Origin: an uncultured Clostridia bacterium
Lineage (GTDB): Bacteria; Bacillota; Clostridia; Christensenellales; CAG-314
Assembly: GCA_947629985.1 (NCBI GenBank)
Contig: CANRFV010000001.1
Location: 49,329 to 113,328, forward strand
Direction: 5' to 3'
DNA: 64,000 nt
Shown: one piece after another, positions 61,162 to 64,000 of the stretch
How positions within the stretch are numbered: position 1 is the first letter of the stretch
Layout: the number at the start of each line of letters is the position of its first letter
Notes under the pieces: generated by a model
Database searches by the model: none
Told to the model about the DNA's origin: nothing
Seen by the model: only the letters and a program-made list of their open reading frames with translations
Program-made: the position numbers and the translations under genes

Positions 61162-63002
61162 GTTTCCATTCCTCCCTTTGAAATATTCTTTCTTGCCCGC
61201 AAATGGAATACGGGAGAGAACGCGATCCCCTCTTCAACTTCGAATTCATCGGGATAATCCGTTGATGACCTGTCCGCCTCGTTTCCTTCCAAAGTTATTT
61301 GCGTGTGGATACTCGGCAAGCAAGCATTAGCATATATTTTTCCTACGGATTTACGTCCCTTGTACTCGTAATCGATCAATCCACCGCCGCAACAATTAGT
61401 GTAAACCCACAAACTCACATCTGTCATATCGGGTTGATATTCCGTCGTGCCGAAACCGCCCGTCAAATACTCTTCGAGCGTGACGACTTCGCCGTGCAAA
61501 TCGTTAACTATCTCTCGCCTCGTCATCATATTGCCCGTTTCTTCATCGAAGAAGAATATCGAACGCACGGTTATATCCAAACCGTCCAATGTAACCGTTA
61601 CGGGATCGGCGACAATTTTTACGCCTTTATCTGTTTTTTCATATCTTGCCATTGTACGGCAAAGACACAAATCGGCGGTTTGTCCGTGATAATGGATCTT
61701 GCACGACTTTACCGTGCCTGCGCCGGCATAGTGTGTGAAATAGCCCGCGCGATAGTTGGCTTGTATGATATAGGGATAGGACGCGTCGTACACATTATCT
61801 GTACCAATACCAACCTTTTGCGGAATTTTGGCAACATAGGGACGCAAATCTATCATTGCGCCGCCTTGGTTGAAATCCAAACAGCAGCGAAGCGACGGAG
61901 ACGCATACCAAAAATATTCCTTGTTGCTTCCATAGAGAATGTCCTTCCACATGGCGCACTCCGCACGTTTGTAATTCGGGTGGGTCTCACGGTAATAATC
62001 GGCAAGTTCGCTCATGGTCATATCAATGCATTTGCCTTCCTGTTTAAGCTTGCCGTAATATCTCATTACATCTTTATAAGACTTTGCAAGACGTTCATAG
62101 GGAGACTCCCACCGCCCTGCCTTGTTGAGCCAACCCGGTCCAACGAACATCATGTTGTAGCAGAACCCGTCATTGTACTTGGCGAGATGACGATACTGAT
62201 CTATAAGGTTGTAAAGGTAGGGATATTCCGTTCCTTTCTCATCTTCGTAATAAATCATACCGCGCAGCACATTTTGCGGATGCGTTCCGAAGTTTGATCC
62301 GTTGCCGTCAAAGCAAGCAAGTAAGTCGCGGGAGAGATGCGGAATTGCGACAATACCACTATCGTCATCTCTATCGCTTGCGGGGCAATGAGAATTTACT
62401 TTTGACGGGATCCAAGGATTCCACGGACCGCCGTCCATAAATGTGTACCAACTATTGTTGCAAGTGTGATAGGCTTTCGGTCCTTCTTCCCAACAGGTGG
62501 CAATGGCACATTTGACGGAAGGATATTTTTCCTTTATGTAGTTGATTGTAAACGCATCAAGGAAGTAACTGCCGGTAGATTCCGGATAGAAGCCGAATTT
62601 TTCATAGAAAAGCCCGAAACAGTCATCTACTATCTCTTTCTTCCTTTTTTCATCAAACATCCAAATACAAAAATCCTCTGTTTGGTATTTTTCTTTGAAC
62701 TGTTTGCAAGGCAAGCCCAAAAGCGACAAGCCTATTTCATCGCCGTATTTATCATGGTGTTCTTTTGCAAGCTCCACTATCTTGTCAGAAAACAACGAAG
62801 CATACGTTATTTGAATGGTGGTTTTCAGACCGCATTCATGAGCCGATTCCTGTTGAAATAGAAATATATCCAGCGACTCGTCCTGCACATCTCTTTTGCC
62901 ACCGAGTGCCTTTTCCGCATATTCAGGCGAAAGCTCAGGGCGATGAATAATATTCAATGCCAATTTGCTTTCGTTGTTTGTTAATTCTGTTTGACTTTGC
63001 AC
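61134..63002 (-). CDS. 622-aa cytoplasmic protein of unknown family, candidate carbohydrate-active enzyme
   Basis: A long uninterrupted ORF with no signal peptide and no motif I can assign. It is the first gene of the operon, sitting where gan loci usually carry the GH42 beta-galactosidase. Confidence 0.75.
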   Translation of the reverse strand: MQSQTELTNNESKLALNIIHRPELSPEYAEKALGGKRDVQDESLDIFLFQQESAHECGLKTTIQITYASLFSDKIVELAKEHHDKYGDEIGLSLLGLPCKQFKEKYQTEDFCIWMFDEKRKKEIVDDCFGLFYEKFGFYPESTGSYFLDAFTINYIKEKYPSVKCAIATCWEEGPKAYHTCNNSWYTFMDGGPWNPWIPSKVNSHCPASDRDDDSGIVAIPHLSRDLLACFDGNGSNFGTHPQNVLRGMIYYEDEKGTEYPYLYNLIDQYRHLAKYNDGFCYNMMFVGPGWLNKAGRWESPYERLAKSYKDVMRYYGKLKQEGKCIDMTMSELADYYRETHPNYKRAECAMWKDILYGSNKEYFWYASPSLRCCLDFNQGGAMIDLRPYVAKIPQKVGIGTDNVYDASYPYIIQANYRAGYFTHYAGAGTVKSCKIHYHGQTADLCLCRTMARYEKTDKGVKIVADPVTVTLDGLDITVRSIFFFDEETGNMMTRREIVNDLHGEVVTLEEYLTGGFGTTEYQPDMTDVSLWVYTNCCGGGLIDYEYKGRKSVGKIYANACLPSIHTQITLEGNEADRSSTDYPDEFEVEEGIAFSPVFHLRARKNISKGGMETWLKLQKVN

Positions 63003-63266
63003 ATCAATTCCTCCAACTTGATTATAAATTCGGGACTATAAGTTTAATATCGCCAAAAGGCGACAATATCCCTTTCCCAATTTAGTGATTAAATTATACA
63101 CGACAATAAATCTCATTTCTACCCCAAACTCTGCAAGAAATATATGATTTCTAAAAAAAATTTGCGTTTTAATCAAGGCATTATTATTACTCTTTATAAA
63201 TAAAAGAAATTAAGATAAACTGCAAAAAAATCGGAACATTCTTGTTGAGAACATCCCGAATATACA

Positions 63267-64000
63267 TCAACCTAATAACCCGAATTTGTATCGAATGAAA
63301 TATGAATTTATTTTATCCTTATTTAATAACGGTTGTGGAAACGAAGGAGTATTTACGGCATCGGGAAAGAATTGCGGTTCGAGAGCAAAACCTTCGCGCG
63401 GAATGAGATCGTGCGTGCCGTTAAAACCATGCAAAAAATTACCCGAATAGAATTGCAGACCGGGCATATCCGTAAATACTTCCATTTTTATGCCGCTTGA
63501 TTCGTTGAAAGCCAATGCCGCACATTCGTTTGCGCTATGCCGCAACACAAAATTGTGGTCGTAACCGCTTGTTGGCTGCAACTGAGCGGAATTTATGTCT
63601 TTGCCTATTTTTTTAGGATGACGAAAATCCAACGGCGTACCTTCTACCGAAGTAATCTCTCCCGTGGGAATTTGCCCCGCTCCCATCGGCGTGTAACAGT
63701 CGGTGTTTATTTGCAGATATGTTTCGTCAACTGTTTGTTCTGTGCCAAGGCGGAAATACGGATGGATTGTAGGTGCCCAAAACGTATCCTTGTCGCAGAC
63801 GGCGGAAAAACGCACGGTAAGCGACGCTCCGTCCAAAACAAATTCCACGCGCATAGTCAAATTACCGGGGAATCCCTGATCGCCGTCGGGACTGTTCACA
63901 GACATTACAAGCGACGTTGTATCGACCGTCTGCACCGAAAAAAGACGTTGATCAAAGCCGATTTTACCGCCGTGCAAGGTGTTTTCGCCGTCATTTTGCG
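63267..64000 (-). CDS. galM: Aldose 1-epimerase (galactose mutarotase), N-terminus beyond the window
   Basis: The frame stays open to position 64000 (...NDGENTLHGGKIGFDQRLF...). Other matches are DGDQGFPGNL, TPMGAGQIPTGE, GYDHNFVL and FALEPQFFPDAVN, the mutarotase signatures. Confidence 0.88.
   Translation of the reverse strand, partial: QNDGENTLHGGKIGFDQRLFSVQTVDTTSLVMSVNSPDGDQGFPGNLTMRVEFVLDGASLTVRFSAVCDKDTFWAPTIHPYFRLGTEQTVDETYLQINTDCYTPMGAGQIPTGEITSVEGTPLDFRHPKKIGKDINSAQLQPTSGYDHNFVLRHSANECAALAFNESSGIKMEVFTDMPGLQFYSGNFLHGFNGTHDLIPREGFALEPQFFPDAVNTPSFPQPLLNKDKINSYFIRYKFGLLG

Overview
The window is 64 kb and is transcribed almost entirely on the minus strand; the only plus-strand gene is 29079-30377. 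I see four blocks.

(1) 1-6186 holds housekeeping genes typical of a monoderm Firmicute, probably a Clostridia-like organism (inference): scpB (partial), scpA, an M50 site-2 protease, a PBP5-type D,D-carboxypeptidase, HU, deoB and a polytopic membrane protein.

(2) From about 6.9 kb (certainly from 8.3 kb) to about 43.8 kb lies an integrated conjugative element (ICE). It starts with a hipBA module and two tandem large serine recombinases with TnpV-like and other small genes. A compact type IV secretion operon follows: VirB3/4 fusion, VirB6-like, VirB2-like, coupling protein and MobL-like relaxase. Two unusual His/Cys-repeat ectoproteins are interleaved in that operon. Next comes an anti-restriction/establishment cluster with two orphan DNA methyltransferases, ArdC and a single 4114-aa polyvalent protein. 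That protein carries ArdC-N-like, MutS-domain-I-like, N6-methylase, SNF2 helicase and PrimPol modules. The element ends with a sigma/HTH regulatory module.

(3) 44.0-51.5 kb encodes two giant surface lipoproteins (Big_2 domains, Cys-module repeats, BspA-type LRRs). They share the Cys-module theme with the ICE proteins.

(4) 51.7-64.0 kb is a beta-1,4-galactan utilisation locus. It has a secreted GH53, an ABC importer, a signal-less second GH53, an unrecognised 622-aa protein and galM (partial).

No rRNA, tRNA or CRISPR array was seen.

The most interesting signal is the T4SS operon. It appears to lack a peptidoglycan hydrolase and a VirB8/TcpC-like component. Instead it encodes two extracellular arrays of a ~37-aa H-C-CxxC repeat, and one array is fused to a second copy of the VirB2-like two-helix membrane module.

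All calls come from reading the translations and DNA by eye. No database search was run. Domain coordinates are approximate (+/- about 30 nt).
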